From the NCBI GenBank assembly GCA_010015805.1, contig ML978127.1:248001-312000 (forward strand): a stretch of DNA of 64,000 nt, in the 5' to 3' direction. The notes below the pieces were generated by a model. The model saw only the letters and a list, made by a program, of their open reading frames with translations. It ran no database searches and was not told the origin of the DNA. The stretch comes from Rhizodiscina lignyota. Lineage: Eukaryota. How positions within the stretch are numbered: the first letter of the stretch is position 1; every line of letters begins with the position of its first letter. Both the position numbers and the translations under genes were made by a program. Of the stretch, positions 12,260 through 24,951 are shown piece by piece.

Positions 12260-13996
12260 TCAGACGATTTTATCCTTCAACAGATACTCTCTCGACACAA
12301 TCGTCCTCCAGACACCGTACAGACCACTGAAAGGCCCCGCGTTCCAAAACAGAGCCTTAAACATACTAATCAAATTCATGGGGAACGTTGCATCCGATTT
12401 CCACTCAGCTTTGTCTTCCGCTACCACAACCTTGACCTTGTCATATACGCTGGGCAGCCCTGTGGCCTGATACTTCACTCGCAGTGCATCATACCCTTCC
12501 TTATCATAGACGCTCCAGAACTCGTCCTGCGTGTAATACGTGTGCGCATATAGTGCCTTCAGCCCCCGCAGCTCGTGCACCTTACCCTCGATCTCCCTAT
12601 TCAACCGCACGAACTCCTCCGGGCTCTTACTCGGCGCCATGCACCACACGCCCACGTTCACGTACTTCCCGTCCATCGGCGCATCCCTGCCCATGCCGAA
12701 CGAGCGGCCAACGCTCTTGCCAGCGATCTTTTCCGCGGCCGTCGCGCGCAAGGGACACAGCCAGAGGGGATAGCAGTCTAGCCTTGATCCTACGTACGAG
12801 ACGAACTGCGCGGCGTTCGCTACGGGGAACGATACGTCTTGGATGATACCCTGGGCGGCGAGGCCGGACTCGTGCAAGGCCTGGAACATGATGGACGCCT
12901 TCATTAATGGGTCGAGGAAGAAACGAGTGATTCGGTTGAAGGGCACGCCAAAGTAGCGGAAGGCGTACTTCGCGGCCCAGAAGCAGCCCCGGTCGTACCG
13001 GAAGATGTAGTCGCGGATGGGGATGACATCGGTGATGGGTTGCGAGGACTTGCGGGCAGTTGAAGAGTGGAGAAGCTTTTCACAGTGCCGGTAGAAGTGT
13101 TGGTCTTGTGGGCGGGTGAACCGGTGGATTGGCGTGCTGGGAGAGGGTGCAGAGATGAGACGGCCGGTTAGGATGACGCCGCTTGATGGAGAGAAGAGGA
13201 TGCCTTCGACGAAGTCAATGGAGCTGTCTTCGAATGCATGCTCGAGCAGTGTCATAGCCTCATCTGGAGATGAGATTGACTTGTGCTCGAGCTCGACGTA
13301 AGGTTTCGCGTCCATCAGTTCGACTTCGAGGAGAGTCACAACTCCCAAGGTTCCACACGCTCCCGCCGAGCCGTACAGCAGGTCTGAGTTTTGGGTTTTA
13401 GAGGCATGAATGACGCCGCCGTCCGCGAGGACGACCTCAATGCTATTTATGGTGCTGTCGAAGATGCCGTGCTTGAAGGACGAGGACTCTCCCGCTGTCC
13501 CAGCGAATGCTCCGCCAACAGTAATTGCTATGTGGGTATTAGACCGCTGCATTTAATGGCTGAATTGAGAAATGGATAAATTGAAAAGCCATCTCTACAC
13601 GTTGTGATAGATGATGACGAGCCTTCATGTACGGAATATTGAAATAGCATACTTCTGAATTCTGGCACAACCAGAGGCATCAGGCCACTGCTCAAGCAGG
13701 CCTCTAGCAACTTTTCCATCGACACATTGGGCTCAGCAAGCGCAGTTTTGGATTCCGTATCGACCTTGATGACACTGTCGAGGCTGCTGGTGTCAACGAC
13801 ATTGTCTTTTCGTCGTATCGTCGAGCGAGTAGTATTCTGGCACTGCCAGTCAGCGAGACGGACTCATCGAGGTAGCAAGGTCTTCGATAGCGCTTCGTAC
13901 AGTGGAGCCATGGTATATACGGAATTTCTCTCCGCGGCTATGAAATGACTTTACGCGCTCGGAAATGACTGCGACCTTCTCTTCATGACGATCCAT
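12260..13996 (-). CDS. FAD-binding (PCMH-type) oxidoreductase, Delta24-sterol-reductase-like
   Basis: Starts MDRHEEKV..FRIYHGST; motifs PEFRTITVGGAFAGTAGESSSFKHG, GACGTLG, YIFRYDRG, YPLWLCP and LYAHTYY. Introns at about 13903-13847 and 13652-13528. Confidence 0.9.
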
Positions 13997-14691
13997 CAAC
14001 TGGACCCAGCGGAATCGCTGTACGAGAATACAGAACTTAGGAGAAGTATTACGGATCACCGTAATTGGATTTGAATTGATACAAGAAGGGGAATAGGACA
14101 GTGCGAATCATCGTGAGAGGAAGTTCCTGATCAACGAGCTCCGATGGTAGTTGTGGGCCCAAGCGCTCGGCCCACATGGTGGAGTTGCGCCAAAATGATC
14201 CTGTTAGAATATCCCAGAGTATTTATTTGACCTTCGCTGATCCATACTTTGCAAACAGTAGGGAGTCAGACGGGCCGTTATCATGCACGAAATAGTGTAG
14301 TTGGAGCCATATTTGTTGAAATTCACAGCACTGTCATGTAGGCGCAACGGTGAATGGACGACACACCCAAGTCGTATGACAGCACTTAGAAATGCAACAT
14401 AAGTAGGCTATGCAGAAACTTTATATATTCATCAAGTTCGTCACCCATGAATCATTTCGGCCAATCAAAAATCTAGTGGTGGCCGAAACAATGGCCTCAG
14501 TAGCCCTTCTCTCGTTGACCCGATTTTGGATCCCCGCCTTTAACCCGTCTCAAGAGGACTAGAACTATGGCTATGCCAATGAGGAATAGAGCACCAACAA
14601 TAGACGCAAGATGTTTATCAAAGCCGGCTGACCCAGAAGGGAGCCAACCTGATACGTGCTGAACTTTGTCCGTACCTCCCAGACCGGAGAG

Positions 14692-15589
14692 TCACTGCGA
14701 GCCTTCTGGCTTCTTCTCATCTCCAAGTGGCGGGACCACTCTCAAAATATAGTTCTCGAGATCGTCAATTTCCTCTGGATCCGCAGAATGCGTCAAGCCT
14801 CTGGTCGATGTCAGCTCCTCTATTCATAGATTCCCTTCCATCTCGTGCATGTACGTACGGATATGTCTTAAAGTCGACGTCCCAGCCCCACTCCTTCAGC
14901 GTCTCCGCCGTGTTCTTCCCCCACTGATACTGCACAACGGGGTCCTGGTCGCCATGGCCCATGAATATCCTCGTCTCCTTATTCGGGTTCTCCGCTGGCA
15001 CTATGTCCCTCAGCTTCTCCTTGAGCAACAGGTAGCAGCTCAGCCCAAACACGCCACCGAGCTTCTTCTCGTACGTCAGGCCGCTGAGCAGCGCCATCGC
15101 GCCACCCTGGCTGAACCCACCCAAGATGATCCTGTGCGCCGGTATGCCCTTCTCGATCTCGGCGTTGACCAGCGAATGCAGGGTGACGCGGCTGCGCAGG
15201 ATGCCCGCCTCGTCCTCGGAGCGCTTCGAGATGTCGGCGACGGGGAACTCGGCGATGTCGTACCAGCCCGGCATGCGCATGCCCATGTTCACGGTGATGG
15301 GGATGTTGGGCGCGTTCGGGAAGACGAACGAGACTTCCTCGAACTTGTTGCGGCGCCGCCAGTTCTCGGCGAGCCAGATCCTGAATGCATCATTCTCAGC
15401 CTGGAGTCATGTGTCTCGGGGTGTTGGTCGCGTACCATCCTGCTCCGCTATCTAATTGTCAGCTGTTGATCACAGAACGGACGGAACAATGGTTGTGAGT
15501 GAGTACCTGTCGCCTAATCCATGGGCCACTATGACGGTAGCGGTATGCCGCTTGAGAGCGGGTACGACCAATGCTGCAGGACTTGTCAT
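14692..15589 (-). CDS. Acyl-protein thioesterase 1 / lysophospholipase (alpha/beta hydrolase)
   Basis: Motifs HTATVIVAHGLGD, FPNAPNIPITVNMGMRMPGWYDI, GGFSQGG nucleophile elbow, MGHGDQDPVV and a last exon GLTHSADPEEIDDL. Several short introns. Confidence 0.92.
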
Positions 15590-16485
15590 TTTGGTATGGA
15601 TGTCTTATGTGAGTGATCAATTCAAGAGGAAGGTGCAGTGTCACGGCGATCAGGGACAGCGTTGGATCGGGAGAGCTGCCGCGGTACCTGCATGGTGGGG
15701 CTGCCCGCTGCCTCAACTCCCGATTGCTCATCAACCTTGAAGTTCAAAGGAAGCAGGACTATCTCTGAAAGCTTTACTCAACCTTCTTAGGAGTGTTTAT
15801 GATAATAGCGTACTATCAAAAAAGTTATCCACTTCACGAGTAATAGACGCTGTACATCATACCTATCCAATGGCTTGAAAGCTACGGCCAACTTTCTTGT
15901 CACCTCAAACGTGGGTTATATACATAATAAGCATGTTTGACGGTAAAAGAATTGGCCGCCGAACAAGTGCAACCCAATGTTGTGCAACTCTCGCACTTCA
16001 AGGCAAGCAAGACGATCTCCGAAAGGTCCATTGTACGTTCTTTGGAGTGTACATGATGATAGCAACACCATTGGGAAACTTGTACGCATATCAAGTCTAA
16101 AGACTATATATCATAGCTGTTGAGTACCTCGAAGGAGACGGCCAACTTGTTTGTCATCCTCAACATGGATAATACGCATGGCTTCACATTAAAGGAGAAA
16201 TTGAGTCCCAAGTGTATGCAGCAGCAGGAATATCAAGACATATTGGCGGGTATAAATGTTGGCATTAAAAACCTTATCAAGTCGCTCTATGCTACGTGAG
16301 ACCAAAAGGAAATGCACGTGGATATAACCTCAAGCCAAGACTAAATCAAAGAAAGCCTCGTATGGGTAGTGGTATTTCATCGTCGTCGAGCCCCCTCTAC
16401 CGCTCCGCAGATGCACATGTCCGTCCGCCCGCACCCCTCACTAGTCTCCCTCACCCCTGGGCGCCTCCTTCATCGACACACCAAT

Positions 16486-17778
16486 CTACTGGGCAATGTC
16501 CTTCCACTTGGCCTCCTTGGCCCACTTGCTGCCGTTCTGCACCGGCGGCGCCATGCTCGTGAAGTAGTCACGGCCCTTGATCATCCAGACGAAGAAGCTC
16601 GGCAATCTCCATCCGAAGATGGCACCGACACCCTTGCCCCTGCCGACAGGGACCACCTGTGTCTCCTTGGTGTTTGGTGTGAAGGTCATGTCCTCGCCCT
16701 TTGGCGCCGGGAGAGCGTTCTCGCCCTTCGACTCGTTCAACAGGTCGCGCTTCATGTTCGTCATGACTACCGGGATCTCATCGTAGATGGCCATGACACC
16801 GCCAACGCCGAGAGCCGCAACGTCGCCGACAGCATAGATGCGCTTGCCGGCAATATCGAGACGGAGCGTCTGCTTGTCCACCCTGAGGTAGCCCTCGTCG
16901 TTGAGATAGAACTTGTCGATGAACTCTGTGTTCGGCACGACACCGTTAGCCGGGATGAAGATGTCAGCTTCGAGCTTCGCTCCGTTATCCAGGTAGACTG
17001 TCGTCTGTTGGCCACCCTTCTCACCGACGGACTCGACGGTGTAGCCGCTCGTCTCCGGGGAGACCTTTGTCACCTTCGTGCCGTACATGACCTCGACGCC
17101 AACGCGGTTGAGGTACTTCTCAGCTGTTTTGGCGATGGCCGGGCGGAGGGCGGGCAGTAGCTTCTTCGTCGGGCCAGCAACAAGGGTGATCTTGGTCTTG
17201 GGATTCGAGGGGAAGCGCGAGAAGAAGCCAGCGGTTCCATTGAGGAACTCGCCGATCTCACCAGCGGTCTCAACACCTGCCGGACCACCGCCTGCAATGA
17301 CAATGCTCTTCGCCGAGGGAAGGACAGTGCGGAACCTATCGATGGCAGTCTTGAGGTGCTCGGCGTCAGTGGTGACGCCCAAGATCGGGGACCTGGACTT
17401 GACGCCGGTCGCGATGACGATGGAGTGGAAGGGGACCGTCTGCTCTCCGCCCTCCTTGAGTGATACGGTGACAGTGCGGCCGGGGATATCGAGGGTAGTG
17501 GCGGTGCCGACCATGAAGCTGAACTTGTCCGCGCTGTAGGACTTGAAGCCATCGGCGATGGGCAGGAAGGTCTTATCGTATGGCATCAAGTCTTCCTTGA
17601 TGACGGCACGTGGAGCGGCGGGACGCGTGAACCAGTGAGTCGAAGGGTCGACGAGGTAGACATGATAGTCTTTGCCTCCAGCCGGGAGGGAAGGCAGGAT
17701 GTGCTTGAGGAAGTAGTGGGCGGACGAGAGACCAGCATAAGAGGCTCCGAGGATGATGATGTTCTTTTTCTCCGCCAT
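16486..17778 (-). CDS. AIF/AMID-like FAD/NAD(P)-dependent oxidoreductase
   Basis: Rossmann motifs IIILGASYAG and IVIAGGGPAGVETAGE, plus IYAVGD. Strong codon bias. Likely start MAEKK at 17778; intronless. Confidence 0.92.
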   Translation of the reverse strand: MAEKKNIIILGASYAGLSSAHYFLKHILPSLPAGGKDYHVYLVDPSTHWFTRPAAPRAVIKEDLMPYDKTFLPIADGFKSYSADKFSFMVGTATTLDIPGRTVTVSLKEGGEQTVPFHSIVIATGVKSRSPILGVTTDAEHLKTAIDRFRTVLPSAKSIVIAGGGPAGVETAGEIGEFLNGTAGFFSRFPSNPKTKITLVAGPTKKLLPALRPAIAKTAEKYLNRVGVEVMYGTKVTKVSPETSGYTVESVGEKGGQQTTVYLDNGAKLEADIFIPANGVVPNTEFIDKFYLNDEGYLRVDKQTLRLDIAGKRIYAVGDVAALGVGGVMAIYDEIPVVMTNMKRDLLNESKGENALPAPKGEDMTFTPNTKETQVVPVGRGKGVGAIFGWRLPSFFVWMIKGRDYFTSMAPPVQNGSKWAKEAKWKDIAQ

Positions 17779-18932
17779 TGTGAAAGTAGCACACGAAATC
17801 CTACCAAATTGGGTATCAAGTGAAATAGCGTTCCAAGAAGCGTTCAAAGAGCGAAGAAGAATTAGAAATTATAAGGTGGTGCACTCCGTACCTAAAGGGG
17901 AGAGTGTGCGAGAGTGTAAGAGGGAGAAAGTTGAAGGCTCGATTGGTGAGCCGACGTCAATCGATAGTATTTGACCGGGTTGTGCAGAGGGACAAGGATC
18001 AGCTGTAGAACCGCGTCGGCCAATTTTGTGTGAGCCGTGCACCCGCTGCAGGCGTTGGAGGCTCTGTGAGGCAACGCTTGGGGATTCGATGGAGTTTGTT
18101 GTGGGGATGCCGAAGATGTGCAGAGTGCAGCAGCGCGACCTCTGGACAGTCCGACGCGGCCCTTTTGTATGCGTGAAACGAGCGTAGCGAAATTACGAAT
18201 TCGGCAAGAGATTAGAAAAGCAAAGGAGAGGATTGACTTACTGACGATTGCGCTGAGGAACAGTGAAAGAGCGAGGCTTAGAAATTGAAGCTTCGCGGGA
18301 GCTGGAAGACGCGTGCTGGTGGCTTGACATTGAAGGAAATCATCCCTGTTGTGCGCGAATCGGTGGGCAGGAAAGCCGCGCTTCGCCGGCTGAGGGGAAC
18401 TCGCTGCAAAACCAGAGGCACATCTTTTTTGTACCAGCGCTGACCAATTGGCCCAATGCGGTACGGAAGTTGGGTCTTCGGCCATCCGATTGGTAGAGGT
18501 AGAGGTGAGAAGCCGTGCCGAATCATCTCATAATTCCGCTATCACCATCTCCTTCGGCACGGATACCGTACCAAGAGACTCACTGATCAATGCTGTTCAT
18601 GGCCACGGAACTAATTGTAGGAGATTTGCGAGGATAGGTTACTTAAAAAGATGCCACGGCGTGAATCACGCTCTGCTTTATTTCCAATATCACTACTCCA
18701 GCGATACGTTCACCTCTGACTTCGACGAGTAGAGATCTGTGGTCAACAGACAAAGACTCTCATCATCAGCCTTACCAATCGCCGATCAGAGATCTTATGA
18801 CCGACCGTCTGCAGCCTTTGCGAGGTGAATATCTGACAGGGGTGCTTTATCCCGTTTCCATCGTTCCTTTCGCCAAGACAGCAACCGAATCAACATCTTC
18901 AACTGCTCAAAGCATGTTCCAGCTTCCTTCCT

Positions 18933-19412
18933 TCACTCATCCAAACCACAAACAATAATGACCAACAAGGTCAGAAATGCTACCGCCAGAGCACCAATTC
19001 CGAAACATGTCGTTAGGGTAGCGAATGGACTGATTCCTGGCTCTTCCCGTGTGCTCGAGATTCCGCTCTTTGCATCCTTCTCGCTCGAGTCTGTCTCGAT
19101 CGTCTGAGTGGTCGAGACTTTTTTCGGGACAGGCTTCCTCGGAATGAGATTCATCCGTATCTCCTTTAAAGGCTCGCATGATCCTTGATCACCGAGGAGT
19201 GCGGCCGCTTCTGCAGTGCTTAAATTGTTGTCGTGCTTCGCTGTCTTGCGTGCCCCGAACGCCGCCTCCACAGCGGGCATGCCAGCGAAATAGAGGGTAT
19301 GCCAGGTGCGAGAATTCGTCTGAAGTTTTGCCGTCTCACTATCAGCTTTACTGTCAACCTCCTCGCCTGCAGTGGATGTCGTTATGGCGATTGTGGTAAT
19401 GGTATCGGCCAT
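18933..19412 (-). CDS. Small hypothetical protein with a C-terminal transmembrane segment
   Basis: ATG 19412 (MADTITT...) within ORF 18933-19790. Contains IPRKPVP and a terminal hydrophobic stretch FGIGALAVAFLTLLVIIVC. Confidence 0.5.
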   Translation of the reverse strand: MADTITTIAITTSTAGEEVDSKADSETAKLQTNSRTWHTLYFAGMPAVEAAFGARKTAKHDNNLSTAEAAALLGDQGSCEPLKEIRMNLIPRKPVPKKVSTTQTIETDSSEKDAKSGISSTREEPGISPFATLTTCFGIGALAVAFLTLLVIIVCGLDE

Positions 19413-20312
19413 ATCATCGAGAGCGTGATGTGAGGGGAAAGAATAGGTTGATACGAATGTGGGTGTGATTACGACGTCGAGGTAGCAGTTGAGCGGCTGT
19501 TGACAATGGCGTCGAAATTGAGCATGGAGAGTTGGCCGCAGGCAAATATGCTGATACTGACAGTCTCCTGGAAGGTGCAGCACCTTGTCGATGCAATGAC
19601 GACCGACTCTGCATGCAACTTCGTGTTGCAGACCATCTTCAAATCGAAGAAGCTCCTCAGTTTGCCCACTCCTGCCAAACCATTGATGCGAAAGAACAGA
19701 TGAGGGATCCCCAGAGCCGGCGAATTGTATCACGGACACACTTCCTAAGGAGAGAGAGAGCTCAACTAGTGACAGTGGGAAATCTTTCATATTACTCAGC
19801 TACCACCCATAAGAGCAGCAAGCCAGAACTAAGATACAGTGCCATCCACTTTCTCGCATCAGCCATCAAGCAAGGGTGTAGAGCAGGAGGATAAGATGCA
19901 CGCATGGGGGAGGTTTCGCTTGATGAGCAAACGTCTGTCTAGTTGTTGGATGTGAACCCAGTGACCGGACAAAACACGTGGAAGAGGACGAGAATAAACC
20001 AGAAAACCTTTTCACCACTGCTCCGATCGTGTAGCACCCTTCAGCTTGAGAGAAAACCCGTACCGCAACTTCAGAACCCCGAATGTAGAGTTGAGGGTAT
20101 ATCGTTTTGACTGTTGCCAATAACGTTTAAGTATTTTTTCGGTTTTGCAAAGACAGGGATGAGAGAGCAGTCAGATGCGAACCCACCCTCTCCTGTCCAT
20201 TGTCCATTCGTCCATGTGGTTGTCGCCAGGATCAGACTGCTGATAATAATTCATCAGCATGAACGTTCAAGGGAATGGCGACAAAACGGCGACAATCAAT
20301 CAACGGAGGCAA

Positions 20313-21197
20313 TCATCTGTGCTGAGGGTGGCCAGCCATGCCCGCCTGTGCTGGTACTGGGTACGCACCCGCCTGCTGCTGTTGCTGTTGGAGGTAACTC
20401 TGGTACTGAAGCGCCTGCTCTGGCGTCATCCCGTAGTTGGGCGGCGCGATGCCACCGGAAGGCGGGACCATTCCTGCGCGATTGGATCCCACTCCACCTT
20501 GATGCGAGGGGTCTTCGGGAGACTCGACTCCGTTGTCGCCTTCAATTCCATTTTCATTCGAGGCGGGCTCGGGGGCGTTGAGGCAGGCCTGTTGATAATT
20601 CCTATCGTATCAGCATTGCCCTATGAAGGATGGATTTGTGTTAGAATGATTGGCGGAGTTGTACCTGGATCAGATTCTTGCCCTCGGGTTTCGTGACAAG
20701 AGGTTGGAGTTTGGGCGTGGTGAAGGTATAGACAAGACCAGTCTCCGACACGACCAAGAGGAGAACTTGCGTGCCAGTGAGGACAGAAAGCTCGTAGGCC
20801 TGAGGAAAACACGTTAGCGACTGCGCAAACACATGACGCGACGGCGGAAATGCGCGTTGCGATGCAGGTTGATGGATCGCAAGTGTCGCGTCGCGATGGC
20901 ATTGGCTGACCTTCTTCATAATACCGGCCTTTCGCTTGGAGAAGGTGATGTGGCGACGCGACTTGTCCTGGATGAACTTGATCTCGATCTTGCGGCGCTC
21001 GCGACCTGGATTGGGCGGGTTAGAAATTGATTGTTATCGTTTTGCCGTTTACGGAGCGGTCACTCACCGGGCTTGGAGTCTGAATCGTCATCGTCGTCGA
21101 CGCGTTGTCGCTTGCGGCTGTTGTCGAGCGAGGCAAGCGAGTCGTCATTGTCGGCACCCTGAGGTGTTTGTTGATCGCGCTCTGGCTGCTCACTCAT
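20313..21197 (-). CDS. MCM1: SRF-type MADS-box transcription factor
   Basis: Spliced: MSEQPERDQQ...DDDDSDSKP / GRERRKIEIKFIQDKSRRHITFSKRKAGIMKK / AYELSVLTGTQVLLLVVSETGLVYTFTTPKLQPLV / ACLNAPEP...poly-Q tail. Three introns. Confidence 0.96.
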
Positions 21198-22593
21198 GGT
21201 TCTGCGAGGTGAAAGCGTCTGGTGAGTGGAGGTTGTGAAAAGAGGCCTAACCCAAAGTGAGAAGCTGAACGAGTTGGGTAAAGGCCGAGGAGTGCTGTAT
21301 CCTTAAGGAAAGTGATGGGGGAGGCCGGGTAAACGCCGGCCCGCTCGGCTTACGTGACGCGGGAGTGCCTTGCTTCGAGCCTGCTTCAGTGCCCTTCTGG
21401 CTGCGCTGCTGTCGTCGCACGAGTGATTGGCCGCGTGCGCTCTTGGGCTGTGGAGAGGTGGTCTGAAAGAGCGTTAGGAAACAATCAGAAGGGGCAAAGC
21501 TCTAAAAGCAGGCCGCGGCGAGCACAAAAGAGGGCGGCGGACAACGAGAGGGGAAGCGTACGGTACCGTCGCAGACGGCCTGGTGAGGGCTGTATTGGCC
21601 CGTGTACCCGCTGACGCCAATCACAGCAGCCCGCGCCGCCTGCCCTGCCGCCTCCCCTCACGCCGGCCAGCCAGTTGCAGCGGTGGTACGAGGCCTCCTG
21701 TGCGATGCTCCAAGTTTACACCCAGCCCACTCCAAGTTCCACGAGTGTTGGCCGGTCACGTGCGCTTAGTGCATGAGTAAGCTGAGCGGCCACCCACGTC
21801 CACCTGCCGCACTCGGCTTAGTCTCCCTGTACGCCCGCACTTCCCCTTCGTGGCCCTCCCAAGCCTCCGTCGCGCGCAGCCTTAAAATCTCACCAGCGAT
21901 GAGCAGAGGATCAGTCATGGGCACCAGAGCCTCCAGCGGCCATTCAAAGAGCCTCAGCTCTAAATGCCCGAGCCAGCATTATGTCATGCTACATGTGCCG
22001 CCTACTTCTCTATTTGACATGGGCCTCATCTCCCCTACGACAGCTTATCAGCGCTTACGCATACCAACAAATCTCTGCTGCAGAAACATTTAGCGCTCGC
22101 AAGCAAATCGCACGGCTCGCTTCCAGCCTCTAAACATTCCCAATCTGCTTACGTTTCCACGAGGGCTGTCACGTTACTTCGTTTTCTCGACCTCGCCCTT
22201 CTGTCCACTCACCGTGCTCGCGCATACTCGCTCCCTCACAGTCCTGAAACGCGACGCGTTCGGCATCATGTCCCAAAACCCAGTCTCCACCAGGCCTGCC
22301 ATTATGCGCCCGCGAGAGTATACTTGTTCCCAAGCCTCCCAGGCCTTCCTAGATGTGTCTGCGCCCGCTCTCAATCTATTCCTCACTTCGCTTTGCACCT
22401 TCATTCCCTCCTATCCGGATGCATCGTCCTTGAATATATCCGTACAGCGAAGAGACGCAGGCGCTCCGCTGTCGATAGTATCCTTCTAATCTTCTTGTCA
22501 TTCATTCACACATAGACTTGAGCCTGCTGTGCAGCACCTACGACTTGAATTTGCGAGATCAGCCACGCTGGTGCCGCTGCCACTCTCTTCACA

Positions 22594-23338
22594 ATGGCCA
22601 TCAACAAATTGATGCTCAGCTATGGCGGTATTGCCCTCCTCTTTGCCATGACTGGCGGCCTCCTCATGGGCTTCTCTGTCATGAGCGAGAATCTGAACAA
22701 GGCGACGCCAACTATGAATAATGTTGCAACGAACTTGCTCCTTGGACAGTGTCCTCTAACAGGTGAATATCCACAAACCATGCTGGAAAGTACATAAAAC
22801 AGTTACTTACCGCAGTCTTTGAACAGCTGGCATCGCCAATGCCGTCATCGTCTTCTTCACGTTCCTAATGACCATTCCGGTTATCATCCTTCCTTCCAAC
22901 AAGAGCTTCCTGCGCATCCAAGGCTGGTTCGTCACTCTCTGTGCCGTCTTCACCCTCATCCTCGGCTTAGTCATCTGGTTCGACACTCTTGCGACCCGTG
23001 CGAACCTCTCCCACGTCTGGGCCCAGCAAGACGCCACACGCCAAGGCCTGCTCCAGCAGAAGTTCAACTGCTGCGGCTACATGAACGCAACATCACCACC
23101 ATTCGTTCAAGATGCGACCTGCCCGAATGCACTCACTGCGGTGCAGAAGCAGGGCTGCGTTGCACCGTTCACAAAGTTTGCGAACGGCTACTTGGACCTG
23201 ATCTTCACGGCTGCCTTTGGAATTGTGGGCGTGGATGTGTTCCTGCTGCTTACTGTTGTCATGGTTGTTAAGAGGAGGGGGGAGCTGGAGAGGTACAGGC
23301 ACATTGACGAGAAGAATGGTAATGGTTTCGGGATTTGA
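22594..23338 (+). CDS. PLS1: Fungal tetraspanin
   Basis: Four TM segments; EC2 loop has LQQKFNCCGY, CP and GCVAPF; C-terminal RYRHIDEK. Intron 22763-22815. Confidence 0.9.
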
Positions 23339-23888
23339 GACTGAAGGGGGAGTGTGACTGGAGAGAGAGGAGGGCAGAAGAGGAATGAGAAGTCGGAAGA
23401 AGAGACAGTAAGGGCCATGCGAGACTCGGGGTCATGATCAACTTGAGCTTGGCCCTTTTCGGCCGATAGGAGTGGTTATGACTCGATCGTTGTACAGAAT
23501 GTATTCTAGGTAGACTACAGCATGTTCGGAGCTCCAAATCTAACCATCTATTGTCGACCACTTCGCACATTATATATCAAACCCATTAAGATGAGGTTAT
23601 CATGATTCCATATAAAAGGTTGAGTCAGCCACGTGCATGCTGGCTCAGTCCCTTAACTAATGCCTCTGTCCCTGCATCCGCGAGCCATCAAGTCATCACC
23701 CGCTCCACCATGACGCGAAATGACAAAGCGCCGTTTCTTGCTTTGCGATTGAACTCTTTCCCTAAACGTGTCTTGGCGCTCAAGCTTCCTTAACATTCAA
23801 TTGCTTTCCGTCTCCCTTTCTCTAATGTCAGACGCGTTTTAGAGGAGTTTATACGCGTTCGACGGACTTCTGGTGCCCCACCAACGCC

Positions 23889-24824
23889 ATGTCGAGCTCC
23901 AAGGTCACCCCGCGCGTCTTCATCATCCGCCATGGAGAGACGGAGTGGAGTCTTAACGGACGCCATACGGGCACGACGGAGCTCCCGCTGACCGCGAATG
24001 GAGAGAAGAGAATCATTGCGACTGGCAATGCCTTGGTGGGCAATGACAGGCTGATTGTTCCGAGGAATTTGGCGCACATGTGAGAGAGCCTCCGTCTCAT
24101 CTCTCTCCTTGATCTCAAGACGTCGACACCAATCTGTACTCGGCCGACTTTTTAAAAAACAACACTGACGAGACCAATAGCTACGTCTCTCCCAGACACC
24201 GTGCCCAACGCACCCTCGAGCTCCTGGGCCTCGGCTGCCGCGATAAGTTCCCCTGGCACGACGATCGCAAGCACGGCGACGAAGAGGTGCGCACAGATGC
24301 AAAGATCCAAGTGACGAGCGATATTCGAGAGTGGGATTACGGCGACTATGAGGGCCTCACATCCCCGCAGATCCGGCAGCAGCGTGCGGAGCGCGGCGAA
24401 GGACCATGGGACATATGGAGCGATGGCTGCCCGGGGGGCGAGAGCCCAGAGCAGATCACGGAAAGGTTGGATGGGCTAATTGCGGACTTGCGCAGAAAGT
24501 ATCATGAGGCGGCTATTGGGAGGCCTAGAGCGGAGGTGGGACCAAGCGACGTTTTGATCGTTGCGCATGGACATATCCTGAGGGCATTTGCGGCGAGGTG
24601 GGTCAATAAGAACATTGCGAGCAATCCGAGTTTGATCCTGGAGGCGGGTGGTGTGGGTACACTGAGGTGAGTCCAGCTTGGAAGGAGATGTTAGTATGGA
24701 GATTGGTGGAATAAAGGCTAACCCGCCGGACAGCTACGAGCACCACAACATATATGAGCCTGCCATATTACTCGGAGGCGCGTTCATGGTAGACGCAATC
24801 GAGCATGCGGAAGAGAAGAAATGA
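23889..24824 (+). CDS. Histidine phosphatase / phosphoglycerate mutase family, sedoheptulose-1,7-bisphosphatase-like
   Basis: Motifs [34 protein letters not shown] and GGVGTLSYEHHN. Introns 24080-24180 and 24667-24733. Confidence 0.92.
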
Positions 24825-24951
24825 GTAGATTGTTTCTGCTGGTCATGCTTTATGGTTGTCTCTCCCGCGTGTATAGACGCAAGCTAATGGTCCTAACGGT
24901 CTTGTTCATATTCCTTGTCAGGATTCACCATCGGACGCTCTTTTATGGGAT

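Noticed and set aside
1639..13996. Zn2Cys6 TF + EthD-like + MFS + FAD oxidoreductase as a secondary-metabolite cluster
   Set aside because: No backbone enzyme (PKS, NRPS, terpene synthase, DMATS) in the window, and orphans are interspersed. A backbone gene upstream of position 1 cannot be excluded.
14453..14493. Small hairpin tttcggcca/tggccgaaa with an Sm-like ATTTTTG on the minus strand
   Set aside because: Only a 9-bp stem, inside the probable thioesterase 3' UTR; no snRNA sequence similarity recognised.
16369..17552. Long antisense and alternative-frame ORFs over the AIF-like gene (similar ones over the thioesterase, repeat-protein and BTB genes)
   Set aside because: Shadow ORFs produced by strong GC3 codon bias of the real genes; no recognisable motifs.
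21773..22515. Short ORFs between MCM1 and PLS1
   Set aside because: No consistent splice structure or coding bias; most likely promoter and 5' UTR.
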